The position numbers were made by a program, and so were the translations under genes. A stretch of DNA of 64,000 nt from Candidatus Gorgyraea atricola (GTDB lineage: Bacteria > Omnitrophota > Gorgyraeia > Gorgyraeales > Gorgyraeaceae). Position 1 is the first letter of the stretch. Every line of letters starts with the position of its first letter. A model generated the notes under the pieces. It had not been told where the DNA came from. It saw only the letters and a program-made list of their open reading frames with translations, and ran no database searches. This document shows positions 40,361 through 49,419 of this stretch, in pieces. The stretch lies in the NCBI GenBank assembly GCA_030765235.1, contig JAVCCW010000029.1, positions 76,939-140,938 of the forward strand, given 5' to 3'.

Positions 40361-41121
40361 TAGACACACACTGCCATCTGGATTTTAAGAATTTTGACGA
40401 AGATAGGAGTGAAGTCATTGCTCGTTCAAAAGAACAGGGCATAGAATTTATCATCAATGTTGGTTCCAGTATGGAAGGTACTAAAAGGTCTCTGGAGCTC
40501 GCAGAGAAGCATGAATTTATATACGCCGCAGCAGGTATCCATCCGCACGACGCTGATCATGCAGGAGATGAGGATCTGGAATCATTCAGAAGATTTTTTG
40601 AGAGCAAAAAAGTCGTCGCGGTCGGGGAGATAGGCCTTGATTATTATAAAAATATCTCATCAAAAGAGAACCAGAAGAAATTATTTATAAAATTATTGCG
40701 CGAGGCAAAAGAAAGAGAATTACCTATTATTATCCATAATCGCGACGCCCATAAAGATACATTAGCTATTTTAAGAAAAGAGATAGGGAAGTCTATAAAG
40801 GGTGTTATGCATTGTTTTTCAGGAGACGAGGCCCTGCTTAGGGAGTGTCTGGACCTTGGCATGCATGTATCTTTTACCTGTAATCTTACATTTAAGAATG
40901 CTGGTAGGCTGCGCGATATAGCAAGGCTCGTGCCCATGGAGAGACTTCTGCTTGAGACAGACGCGCCTTTTTTAGCGCCGCAGGAGTTTAGGGGAAAGCG
41001 CAATGAACCCATGTATGTGAAGTATTTGGCTGAGGAGATCGCGAATATAAAAGGTCTAGACTTTAAAGAAGTCGCGAAGATTACAACGGAGAATGCAAAG
41101 AGGTTGTTTGGATTATGCTAG
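40354..41121 (+). CDS. tatD: TatD-family metal-dependent DNase
   Basis: MLIDTHCHLDF... with conserved His/Glu/Asp metal ligands. ATG at 40354 overlaps the iscS end by 7 nt. Confidence 0.85.
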   Translation: MLIDTHCHLDFKNFDEDRSEVIARSKEQGIEFIINVGSSMEGTKRSLELAEKHEFIYAAAGIHPHDADHAGDEDLESFRRFFESKKVVAVGEIGLDYYKNISSKENQKKLFIKLLREAKERELPIIIHNRDAHKDTLAILRKEIGKSIKGVMHCFSGDEALLRECLDLGMHVSFTCNLTFKNAGRLRDIARLVPMERLLLETDAPFLAPQEFRGKRNEPMYVKYLAEEIANIKGLDFKEVAKITTENAKRLFGLC

Positions 41122-42173
41122 AGTTCATCAGGCGTGAAAAGATATATTTCCTAATACTCTTTTTTATATTAGCTGTAAATTTGATGCAGGTAAAGACCGT
41201 AAAAAAAGAGACGCCTAGTGAAAAGTCTTTGTCTTCGATGAACTTTGAGGAACTGGGTGTTACAGAAGAAAAGGTTAAGGACTTTTTCGAGTCTGATAAG
41301 TTCAGCGCAAAATTCTTTAAGTATCTTGTATACTTTGGATTTTTTATATTTGCCCTGTCTTTGGTGCTGAATCTTGTTTTTATTTTTAGGGGAAAGCCCC
41401 GTCTCTGTAGGCCGGGTTTAAACCCGGCCTACAGAGACGGGGTGGAGATAGGGAGAAAGGGTGCGGGAGCACCATGGGAGATACTGGACATATTCAGGGC
41501 AGTCCTTATTATAATATTTGCAGGTTATGTGCTGGCGATCATCGAGGCGTATGTCGTGAAGTCCTTTCATCTTGAATTGACTATGAATCTACGCATGATA
41601 ATCAATACCTTTTTTATAGATATTGTTGCAGCGATGGTGATCTTGTATTTTGTCATGGTCAAATACAAAAAGAACATACAGGAGTTGGGACTAAAGACCT
41701 CTTCTTTTTTAAGAAATATTTTATCTGGCATAACTGCCTATATTTTTATGTTGCCGGTTTTGCTGGTAATATTGATCTTCTCTATATGGATCTTGAATGC
41801 GTTGGGATATACGCCGCCGCCTCAGCCTGTATTTGAGGTGTTCATGGAAGAGAAGAAGAGCCTGGTGCTTTTATTTCTGACAGTCTTTGTATCAGTGCTT
41901 GGGCCTATAGTAGAAGAGGTCTTTTTTAGAGGGTTTATGTACAGTGCTGTAAGAAAGCATACAGGTGTATTGGCCGCGGCATTTTTAAGTGGCGCTATTT
42001 TTAGTATGCTGCATACAAACATCGTTGGATTTTTACCCATAATGGCGCTGGGCGTGCTTTTGGCATATCTCTACGAGACTACAGGTTCGCTTGTGGCGTC
42101 GATAAGTGTTCATATATTGCATAATTCCATTATCGTGGCTTTTGTATTTTTTCTAAAAGAATTAATAGGTTAG
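41115..42173 (+). CDS. CPBP-family intramembrane metalloprotease (Abi/CAAX protease). Carries an in-frame 26-bp palindrome insertion.
   Basis: Conserved EE(V)xFRG (GPIVEEVFFRGFMY) and HxxxN/H motifs in TM helices. The palindrome at 41407..41432 encodes CRPGLNPAYRDG. Confidence 0.6.
   Translation: MLEFIRREKIYFLILFFILAVNLMQVKTVKKETPSEKSLSSMNFEELGVTEEKVKDFFESDKFSAKFFKYLVYFGFFIFALSLVLNLVFIFRGKPRLCRPGLNPAYRDGVEIGRKGAGAPWEILDIFRAVLIIIFAGYVLAIIEAYVVKSFHLELTMNLRMIINTFFIDIVAAMVILYFVMVKYKKNIQELGLKTSSFLRNILSGITAYIFMLPVLLVILIFSIWILNALGYTPPPQPVFEVFMEEKKSLVLLFLTVFVSVLGPIVEEVFFRGFMYSAVRKHTGVLAAAFLSGAIFSMLHTNIVGFLPIMALGVLLAYLYETTGSLVASISVHILHNSIIVAFVFFLKELIG
41397..41442. repeat. 26-bp palindromic repeat, variant copy 6 (GCCGGGTTTAAACCCGGC core), with extended CCCCGTCTCTG arms. 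In-frame inside the CPBP protease.
   Basis: Core at 41407..41432. The variant keeps the palindrome through a compensatory change. Confidence 0.85.
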
Positions 42174-42183
42174 GCCCAAATTA

Positions 42184-43275
42184 ATGAAGGCAAAGGTTTC
42201 TCTTGTAAAGTGTAAGACATATAGCGCTGAAGAGGTCGGCCCTGCAATTAAAAAGGCCTTTGGCCTTCTAGGCGGCCTGGAGCTTTTTGTAAAAAAAGGC
42301 GAAAAGGTACTTCTTAAGCCTAATATGCTTTCAAGAAAAACGCCAGAGCAGGGCGCTAACACGCACGTTGAGATCGTCAGGGCATGCGCGAGGCTGGTAA
42401 GGGATTGTGGCGCAGTGCCAATAGTAGGTGATAATCCAGGCGGCTCTTTGACCCCTAAAGAGGCATATGATGCTTCAGGATTCTTAAATATGGCAAAGGA
42501 AGAAGGTATTGAGCTTGGCCAGGGTAAGGATGTCAAGATGGTTCGCGGCATTCCGATATCTTCTTATTTTTTCGAGTGCGATAAGATAATTAATCTGCCT
42601 AAGATGAAGACGCATAGTCTGACGACCTTGACAGGTGCTATAAAAAATATGTATGGCGCTGTCTCTGGTCTTATAAAGACCGAGTACCACAAAAGATTTC
42701 CTAATCCCAGAGAGTTTGTTGGTACCTTGGTGGATGTCTACGAGATAGTTAAGCCGCATCTTGTTTTAATGGATGGGATTGTTTCAATGGATGGAGATGG
42801 GCCTAGCGCAGGCAGGCTGAGAGATACCGGGATTTTGATGGCAGGTAGTGATGGCGTGGCTATAGATAGTGTGTTTTCGCATTTGATCGGGGTCAGGCCT
42901 TCGGATATCCTGACGACCAAAGAAGCTAATAAAAGAGGTCTCGGAGAGATATCTTTAGAAAATATTGAGGTTGTAGGCGAAAGCGTTTCAGAGAATTTCA
43001 TAGAAGGGTTTAAGTTGCCACATTCTAAGAAGCTATTCATGCTGCCGGATCGCACCCTTAAGATGCTGGCAAGTTTTATCAGATTTGGACCGTATATAAA
43101 TAAAGATATTTGTAAAAAATGCGATATCTGTACTAAGAGTTGTCCTGTATCTGCAATTAAAGGATTCACTATAGATCATCATAGGTGTATCAGGTGCATG
43201 TGCTGTCATGAGGTGTGCCCGCATAATGCAATAGAATTAAGACGGAATTTCCTGGCCCGCGTCTTTGGCCTATAA
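42184..43275 (+). CDS. DUF362-domain protein with a C-terminal 2x[4Fe-4S] ferredoxin domain
   Basis: Two CxxCxxCxxxCP clusters (CKKCDICTKSCP, CIRCMCCHEVCP) at the C-terminus of a DUF362-like fold. Confidence 0.7.
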   Translation: MKAKVSLVKCKTYSAEEVGPAIKKAFGLLGGLELFVKKGEKVLLKPNMLSRKTPEQGANTHVEIVRACARLVRDCGAVPIVGDNPGGSLTPKEAYDASGFLNMAKEEGIELGQGKDVKMVRGIPISSYFFECDKIINLPKMKTHSLTTLTGAIKNMYGAVSGLIKTEYHKRFPNPREFVGTLVDVYEIVKPHLVLMDGIVSMDGDGPSAGRLRDTGILMAGSDGVAIDSVFSHLIGVRPSDILTTKEANKRGLGEISLENIEVVGESVSENFIEGFKLPHSKKLFMLPDRTLKMLASFIRFGPYINKDICKKCDICTKSCPVSAIKGFTIDHHRCIRCMCCHEVCPHNAIELRRNFLARVFGL

Positions 43276-43290
43276 ACGGAGGAAGAAGTT

Positions 43291-44316
43291 ATGCTGCTTG
43301 AACCTATCAAGTGGGAGAAGAATAAGATAGTTTTTATTGATCAGACAGAGTTGCCAGCGCGGCTAAAGTATGTGAGATGCGCTGATGTAGATACGCTGTG
43401 CGAGGCTGTAAAGAAGCTAAGGGTTCGCGGCGCGCCTTTAATAGGTGTATCTGTTGCATTAGGTTATGCCCTCGCAGCCATAAATTCAAAGGCAAAGACA
43501 TTAGCTGGACTTAAGAAGGATCTGAAGAGCGCTTATCTGAAACTTAAAAAGACTCGGCCAACTGCAGTGAATCTTTTCTGGGCGCTAAAAAGAATGGAGA
43601 ATTGCTTTTTGAATATTTCATCTTCTTCTAATCTTCACCAGATTAAAAAAGCAATTTTAAAAGAAGCGCTTTCTATAATGAACGAAGATAAACAAATGTG
43701 CCGCGCAATAGGAAAGAACGGCGCCAGATTGATAAAGAACAGAGACATTGTACTCACGCATTGCAATGCAGGCATGCTCGCAACAGCAGGCTATGGCACA
43801 GCGCTTTCTCCTCTTTATGAGGCAAAGAAACAGGGTAAGCGTTTTAAGGTGTACGTGGATGAGACACGGCCGCTCATGCAGGGGTCGCGGCTTACCATGT
43901 GGGAGCTTATGAAAAACAAGATCGATGCCATACTTATATGCGATGACATGGCAGCGTCTACCATTAAGAATAAGGGCGTCACAAAGATCATCGTCGGTGC
44001 TGACAGGATCGCGCGAAATGGAGATGCTGCGAATAAGATCGGCACATATGGACTCGCAGTGCTTGCCAAACATCACAAGATCCCTTTTTACGTGGCAGCA
44101 CCAAGTTCTACCATAGATAGAAATGCAGCCACAGGCGCTGACATCCCTATAGAAGAAAGAAAACCTGAAGAACTTATCTATGTGGGATCAAAACAGACAG
44201 CGCCAAATAAATCCAAGGTCTTTAATCCAGCATTTGATGTAACGCCAAGTGAACTCATAACAGCAATAATAACTGAATCAGGTGTATATGCGAATAAGAG
44301 ATTTGGGAGAATTTAA
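43291..44316 (+). CDS. mtnA: S-methyl-5-thioribose-1-phosphate isomerase (eIF-2B-like MtnA family)
   Basis: eIF-2B alpha/beta/delta-like fold, about 340 aa, with a typical Gly/Ala-rich Rossmann segment. Confidence 0.75.
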   Translation: MLLEPIKWEKNKIVFIDQTELPARLKYVRCADVDTLCEAVKKLRVRGAPLIGVSVALGYALAAINSKAKTLAGLKKDLKSAYLKLKKTRPTAVNLFWALKRMENCFLNISSSSNLHQIKKAILKEALSIMNEDKQMCRAIGKNGARLIKNRDIVLTHCNAGMLATAGYGTALSPLYEAKKQGKRFKVYVDETRPLMQGSRLTMWELMKNKIDAILICDDMAASTIKNKGVTKIIVGADRIARNGDAANKIGTYGLAVLAKHHKIPFYVAAPSSTIDRNAATGADIPIEERKPEELIYVGSKQTAPNKSKVFNPAFDVTPSELITAIITESGVYANKRFGRI

Positions 44317-45109
44317 ACTTATAAAAAGGATCACTAAGTCTACGAACTTAGATGATACAGCTGTTTTAAAATACAAAAAGGGTAAGTTTCTTTTGTTTAC
44401 AACTGATATGCTGCTTGAGGGAAGGCATTTCCGTAAGACTGCCTCGCCATACCTGATCGGTAAGAAAAGTCTGTCAGTAAACATAAGCGATATCGCGGCA
44501 ATGGGAGGGATTCCCAAGTGCGCAGTGATATCCCTGGGTATACCAGGTTCTTTAAAAGTAAAATATGTGGACGCTATATATAAAGGTATAAGGGATGTTG
44601 CGAGGAAGTTCAAAGTAGATCTAGTTGGTGGAGACACAATCGCCTCCAAAAAGATCATCATAAATATTGCGCTCCTCGGTGAGGTCGAAAAAAAGAACCT
44701 GGTTTTACGCAGCGGCGCCAAGAAAGGCGATGCGATATTGGTCACAGGCTCTATCGGAGGGTCGCTAAAAGGTAAGCATTTAAGATTTACTCCTCGTCTA
44801 AAAGAGGCGAGGTTTCTTACTAAAAATTTCAATATTCATTCAATGATAGATGTATCTGACGGTCTGTTAGCTGATCTTGGCCATATATTGGAAAGAAGCA
44901 ATGTCGGCGCAGTGATCAATGATAAGGATATACCGCTTACAGGATCCATAGAAGACGGGGAAGATTTTGAGCTGGTATTTACAGTTTCTAAAAAAGACAC
45001 AAAGAGATTAATAAAATCATGGCCTTTTAAGGCAAGGCTTTCAAGGATTGGCGCAATTACTGGCAAAAAGCACAAGCCACCAACAAAAGGCTACAACCAT
45101 TTTAAATAA
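44282..45109 (+). CDS. thiL: Thiamine-monophosphate kinase
   Basis: AIR-synthase-related fold. N-terminal GEFKLIKRI and the DDTAV motif are typical of ThiL. Confidence 0.75.
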   Translation: MYMRIRDLGEFKLIKRITKSTNLDDTAVLKYKKGKFLLFTTDMLLEGRHFRKTASPYLIGKKSLSVNISDIAAMGGIPKCAVISLGIPGSLKVKYVDAIYKGIRDVARKFKVDLVGGDTIASKKIIINIALLGEVEKKNLVLRSGAKKGDAILVTGSIGGSLKGKHLRFTPRLKEARFLTKNFNIHSMIDVSDGLLADLGHILERSNVGAVINDKDIPLTGSIEDGEDFELVFTVSKKDTKRLIKSWPFKARLSRIGAITGKKHKPPTKGYNHFK

Positions 45110-45111
45110 GC

Positions 45112-45531
45112 ATGCTGACACATAGTCCAGAAGAGACAATTAAGTTGGGTGAGGATTTGGCAAAGAGGTTGTCTAAGGGGAGCGTGGTGGCGCTTTTTGG
45201 TGATCTTGGCAGCGGTAAGACTACGTTTACAAAGGGCATTGGAAAAGGCCTTGGTGTAAAAAATGCCATGCATATAAATAGCCCCACATTTGTTCTTATA
45301 AAGGAATATAAAGGTAAGTTCCCCCTGTATCACCTGGATCTCTACAGGCTCGAAAATTTACAGAATATAGAAGACATAGCGGTCGAGGAGTATATATATG
45401 GTGATGGCGTAACTATTATAGAATGGGCAGGAAAGATGAAAAGACTTCTTCCAAAAAAACACATTGCTGTAAAATTTACCATTAAAGGCGAGAGCGAAAG
45501 AGAGATAAAGATTGAAGATCTTGGCGATTGA
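45112..45531 (+). CDS. tsaE: tRNA threonylcarbamoyladenosine biosynthesis protein TsaE (YjeE ATPase)
   Basis: P-loop GDLGSGKTTFTKG. About 140 aa. Followed by tsaB. Confidence 0.8.
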   Translation: MLTHSPEETIKLGEDLAKRLSKGSVVALFGDLGSGKTTFTKGIGKGLGVKNAMHINSPTFVLIKEYKGKFPLYHLDLYRLENLQNIEDIAVEEYIYGDGVTIIEWAGKMKRLLPKKHIAVKFTIKGESEREIKIEDLGD

Positions 45532-46168
45532 TACAAGTTCGAAATTTTTAAGCATTGCGCTGGGAAATGGCAAGGATATAATAAAGGAAGAGAATTATCT
45601 TCTTGATAGGAGGCATTCGAGTTTATTAGTGCCTAAGATCAAGGAGATGTTAGAGGGCTCAGGTCTTTCAATAAAAAAGATAGACGCGTTTGTCGTAGGA
45701 TTAGGCCCTGGCTCATTTACAGGTTTACGCATAGGTGTAAGCGCAGTAAAGGGACTTGGCCTTGCCTTGAAAAAACCCTGTATCGGCGTCGCGAGCATTG
45801 ACGCGATTGCAATGAATGCAGATTCTGGCATGATCGTTCCTATCATAGACGCGAAGAGGGAGAATGTCTATAGCGCTATCTATGAGAAAAAGAATGGCCG
45901 TGTTGTCAGGAAAACAGATTATTTATTGATAAAGATGAACGAGCTTTTAAAAAAAGTAAAGAAGGATGCTATTTTTTTAGGTGATGGCATTAGTATTTAT
46001 AAAGATAAGATAGGACGAGGAATCTTTTTGGAAGAAAAATATTGGTATCCAAAGGCAGGCAATCTAATAAAACTGGCACTACCAAAAATAAAACGAACCA
46101 AGAAGTGCAATTTAGCTAAACTCGAACCCATTTATCTATACCCTAAAGACTGCCAGGTGAAAAAATGA
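45512..46168 (+). CDS. tsaB: tRNA threonylcarbamoyladenosine biosynthesis protein TsaB (inactive Kae1/YgjD homolog)
   Basis: MKILAIDTSS... ASKHA-fold N-terminus. Adjacent to tsaE. Confidence 0.75.
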   Translation: MKILAIDTSSKFLSIALGNGKDIIKEENYLLDRRHSSLLVPKIKEMLEGSGLSIKKIDAFVVGLGPGSFTGLRIGVSAVKGLGLALKKPCIGVASIDAIAMNADSGMIVPIIDAKRENVYSAIYEKKNGRVVRKTDYLLIKMNELLKKVKKDAIFLGDGISIYKDKIGRGIFLEEKYWYPKAGNLIKLALPKIKRTKKCNLAKLEPIYLYPKDCQVKK

Positions 46169-47283
46169 AATTTTACAGGCCGACATATGCAGAGATAGAT
46201 CTGGGCGCGATGCGCCATAATCTGCGTGCGATAAAGAAGATCGTGGGTAAGGACATGGAGATACTTGGCATTGTAAAGGCAGATGCATATGGCCATGGCA
46301 TGCTCGAGGTCTCAAGGACGCTCATTAAGCAAGGAGTGAAATACTTAGGTGTTGCCTCTCTGGATGAAGCTGCGTTGCTGCGCGCAGCAGGCATAAAGGC
46401 AAAGATCATCGTGCTCGGTTCAATCTTGCCACAAGAGGCTGAAGGTGTATTGAAATTTAATGTAATACAGACGGTTTCAGATCTAGATATTGCAAAGACG
46501 CTCTCAAGACTTGCCCAGAGAAGAAAGAAAAAGATAAGGATCCACATAAAGATTGACACAGGCATGGGTAGGCTTGGTTTTTGGCATGAAGAGGCAATAG
46601 GTTTTGTTAAAAAGATAGCATTACTAAAAAACATTATTATAGACGGTATCTTTACGCATTTTCCCAGCGCGGAGAGTGACGCGCCTTTTACACAGAAACA
46701 GATAAAGGATTTTAATTTTCTTATGCGGTCTCTTTGGCGATGCGGTATTGAAATACCTATAAAGCATACCTCGAACAGCATGGCGCTTGTAGATTTTAAA
46801 GAGTCTCGCATGAATATGGTGAGGCCTGGTCTTATTATGTATGGCCTGCATCCTAGAGCCGATTTATTTAAGAGACTGGGCCTGAAGCCGGTCTTAAAGT
46901 TCAAGACAAAGATCGTGCATCTTAAATCAGTAGCGCGAGGAAGAAGTGTAAGTTATGGAAGGGCGTATATTGCAGGCGAAGACACAAAGATCGCTACGAT
47001 CCCAGTGGGATACGGAGATGGTTATTCGCGACATTTATCAAACAGGGCAGATGTTTTAATAAAAGGTAAACGCGCGCCAGTAGTGGGCAGGGTTTGCATG
47101 GATATGACCATGGTCTATGTAGGGCACATAAGAGGTGCGAAGGTCGGAGACGAGGTGGTGTTGATCGGTGCTCAGGGTAAAGATATTATAAGGGCTGAGG
47201 AACTCGCGAATCTCATATATACTATTCCGTACGAAATTGTGTGCAACATTGGCCGCCGAGTGCCAAGGGTATATAAAACATGA
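46165..47283 (+). CDS. alr: Alanine racemase
   Basis: PLP lysine motif GIVKADAYGHG. Conserved C-terminal beta domain. 372 aa. Confidence 0.9.
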   Translation: MKFYRPTYAEIDLGAMRHNLRAIKKIVGKDMEILGIVKADAYGHGMLEVSRTLIKQGVKYLGVASLDEAALLRAAGIKAKIIVLGSILPQEAEGVLKFNVIQTVSDLDIAKTLSRLAQRRKKKIRIHIKIDTGMGRLGFWHEEAIGFVKKIALLKNIIIDGIFTHFPSAESDAPFTQKQIKDFNFLMRSLWRCGIEIPIKHTSNSMALVDFKESRMNMVRPGLIMYGLHPRADLFKRLGLKPVLKFKTKIVHLKSVARGRSVSYGRAYIAGEDTKIATIPVGYGDGYSRHLSNRADVLIKGKRAPVVGRVCMDMTMVYVGHIRGAKVGDEVVLIGAQGKDIIRAEELANLIYTIPYEIVCNIGRRVPRVYKT

Positions 47284-47372
47284 AAAATCCCAAATCCCAA
47301 AACATGTTTGGGATTTTGAAATTGGGATTTATTTGGTAGTATTGGTATTATTGGAATTTGGGATTTATCGCG
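47284..47372. repeat. CCCAAAT/ATTTGGG hairpin element between alr and greA (same family as the metG-upstream element)
   Basis: AAATCCCAAATCCCAAAACATGTTTGGGATTTTGAAATTGGGATTT plus the shared 29-mer. Confidence 0.8.
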
Positions 47373-47395
47373 CAATATTAAGGAGGAAAGCCATT

Positions 47396-47869
47396 ATGTC
47401 AGAAACTATTTTTTTAACAAGAGAAGGTCACGCGAAGTTAGTAAAGCAGCTCAAGGTCCTTAAAGGCGCCAAGCGCAGGGAGATAGCAAATGCGCTTGCA
47501 AAGGCACGGGCCATGGGAGACCTGAGCGAGAACGCAGAATATGACGCAGCCAAGCAGGATCAGGCAATAAACGAAAAAAGGATATCTGAGCTCGAGCAAA
47601 AGCTCATAAATGCCAGGCTCATTGAAGAGGAGAACATCCCAAAAGATAAGGCCTATATAGGCGCTACTATTAAATTAGTAGATATTGAATCAAAAGAGGA
47701 AATTTCCTACACGCTTGTGTCAGAGGACGAAGCAGACTTTGCCCAGGGCAAGATCTCTACTTCCTCGCCTGTAGGCAAGGCACTGTTAGGCAAAAAAAAG
47801 GACGAGATCGTGCACATAAGAATCCCAGCCGGCACGCTAAAGTACAAGGTCACATCTATCACTAGATAA
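47396..47869 (+). CDS. greA: Transcription elongation factor GreA
   Basis: MSETIFLTREGHAKL...GDLSENAEYDAAK (acidic finger tip). RBS AGGAGG 9 nt upstream. The upstream part of the track ORF lies within a palindromic repeat. Confidence 0.9.
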   Translation: MSETIFLTREGHAKLVKQLKVLKGAKRREIANALAKARAMGDLSENAEYDAAKQDQAINEKRISELEQKLINARLIEEENIPKDKAYIGATIKLVDIESKEEISYTLVSEDEADFAQGKISTSSPVGKALLGKKKDEIVHIRIPAGTLKYKVTSITR

Positions 47870-47934
47870 CCTGGGCAACTTCGTAAGTTACCCATTGGGT
47901 AACTTACGAAGTTGCCCAGGGTGTTTCTTTTCTA
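47870..47934. terminator. Rho-independent terminator after greA (perfect 23-bp stem plus T-tract)
   Basis: CCTGGGCAACTTCGTAAGTTACCCA-TT-GGGTAACTTACGAAGTTGCCCAGG, followed by GTGTTTCTTTTCT. Confidence 0.8.
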
Positions 47935-48013
47935 TTGTAAGCACCTAATTTATGTAGTATAATATAGACAAACTAAGATTGAGTCAAAAAGGCTCTAATT
48001 TTTTGCCTTCGTT

Positions 48014-49057
48014 ATGATAAAGTTTAAAAAACTACCCTTTTTAAAAATTATTTCTCTATGTGTGAGCATTTGTTTTTTTGTACACACTATAGTATATGCT
48101 GCACCTAATTTAAGACCTAATTCTATCTTAGATAGAGTGGATAAAATAGATGATGAAAAAAGACTCAACATAACATTGTCTATTATTAGTTCAAACAGTA
48201 AGATCGAAAAAGAGATTAGGTTAATTCTTGAATCTTTAAGGCCAGTAGATTTTCAAATAAAAAACGAGCTTACTCTAGAAGAATTCGAGCAGCATATAAA
48301 AAGTGAACTAAAAAAACGCAATATAAAGTATAAAGATTCAAAAACTCAACCATGGAATACGTTTTTTTATCTTTCCAGAGATATAATAGTAAGTATTGTA
48401 TCTTTAAATCTTAAACGACTAGCTATAAATTTACCAGAATTGATTTTTATGACCTTTATACCCAGTGCTTATGGACATCAAAAATTTACTTTTAGTCGCG
48501 ATTCAAAATTGTCAAGTGTTCAGATAGTGACTACGGGACGATTTAATTTTACGACTCCTATATTGCATTATTCTGTTATTTTAGGAGCACTTGCGCCAAA
48601 GTTTTTAAATATGAATTTTGATAGGCCCTTTCTTCTATTTTTAGTATTATCAGCACTATTTTCTATGGTTATGTTTTCTTTTATGGGGGCATATTTTGAA
48701 AGGCAAAATTATAAATTTAGGAAGGGTATTAAGATGCATGAATTAATACATGGACAGACGTATTTGTCAGAAGATGTTCTAAAAGAAAAAGGAAAAATAA
48801 AAAAATACATCGGCATAGGTTTGTCAGATTATTTTGAAAAGAATAAAGAATCTCTAAAGAAAACCATTAGCAGAAATGACTTTTTTAAATTAGAAGAGGA
48901 AATTTTAGCTGCGATTAAACATGAGTTAAAAAAGAATGAATCAGATATTGATTTACAAAAGCGTACAAATCCTAGAAAAAGAAAAATTTTTAGAAGAGCC
49001 GTTTTTAATATAAAGAATATTTTAGGAACTACTGCTAAAATTACTCAAAATATATAG
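48014..49057 (+). CDS. AT-rich hypothetical membrane protein (347 aa)
   Basis: Several hydrophobic segments and a Lys-rich C-terminus. Very low GC. No recognisable motifs. Confidence 0.45.
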   Translation: MIKFKKLPFLKIISLCVSICFFVHTIVYAAPNLRPNSILDRVDKIDDEKRLNITLSIISSNSKIEKEIRLILESLRPVDFQIKNELTLEEFEQHIKSELKKRNIKYKDSKTQPWNTFFYLSRDIIVSIVSLNLKRLAINLPELIFMTFIPSAYGHQKFTFSRDSKLSSVQIVTTGRFNFTTPILHYSVILGALAPKFLNMNFDRPFLLFLVLSALFSMVMFSFMGAYFERQNYKFRKGIKMHELIHGQTYLSEDVLKEKGKIKKYIGIGLSDYFEKNKESLKKTISRNDFFKLEEEILAAIKHELKKNESDIDLQKRTNPRKRKIFRRAVFNIKNILGTTAKITQNI

Positions 49058-49119
49058 ACCTTTTATAATAGCCTCTCTAAAAAATCCAAAATTTTTTGAA
49101 AGAAAACCATCCTCCAGGC

Positions 49120-49256
49120 TGTTTGGGAGCGTCCGCCGCGTCCGAAGGTAGCCTTTTATGGGATAAGTGGGGCGTGGGGTGTTCTGTGAGTGGGAGGATC
49201 CACGCCGGGCGGAGGGGCCCACGAACAGAATACCCCGCGCCCCACAATATGCGATA
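49120..49256. ncRNA. GC-rich, highly structured non-coding segment (candidate small RNA or structured repeat) upstream of the PPIase gene
   Basis: 14-bp stem GTGGGGCGTGGGGT (49167..49180) pairs with ACCCCGCGCCCCAC (49232..49245). Nested TTCTGT/ACAGAA and GTGGG/CCCAC pairings. No long ORF. Abuts the MITE-like fragment. Confidence 0.25.
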
Positions 49257-49258
49257 AA

Positions 49259-49319
49259 GAGATTGCTTCGCTTCGCCCCGCCCTTTCTTCAGAAAGGGCG
49301 GGGCTTCGCTCGCAATGAC
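49259..49319. repeat. Partial or derivative copy of the GTCATTGCGAGCGAAGC-terminus element (intergenic)
   Basis: GAGATTGCTTCGCTTCGCCCCGCCCTTTCTTCAGAAAGGGCGGGGCTTCGCTCGCAATGAC. Its right end is a perfect reverse complement of the left terminus of the comEC copy. Confidence 0.6.
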
Positions 49320-49419
49320 AGTATGGTTGTAAAAAATATATTGTATTTTTCCATACTGGGTGGCATAATATATAGCTAATGATAATAGGTCCGGAAGGGC
49401 CATAACAAAAGGAGAGATA

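Noticed and set aside
46173-46904. 243-aa minus-strand ORF opposite alr
   Set aside because: Antisense to a clearly identified alanine racemase, so spurious.
47237-47395. N-terminal extension of greA (track start 47237), and similar upstream extensions of metG (37646), pilD (57983), aroC (58930), ispD (32414), tatD (40300), lysS (19680) and the 709-aa ORF (2916)
   Set aside because: The extensions run through palindromic repeats or upstream genes. Each has a canonical internal start with a good RBS that matches the family N-terminus, so I used the shorter coordinates.
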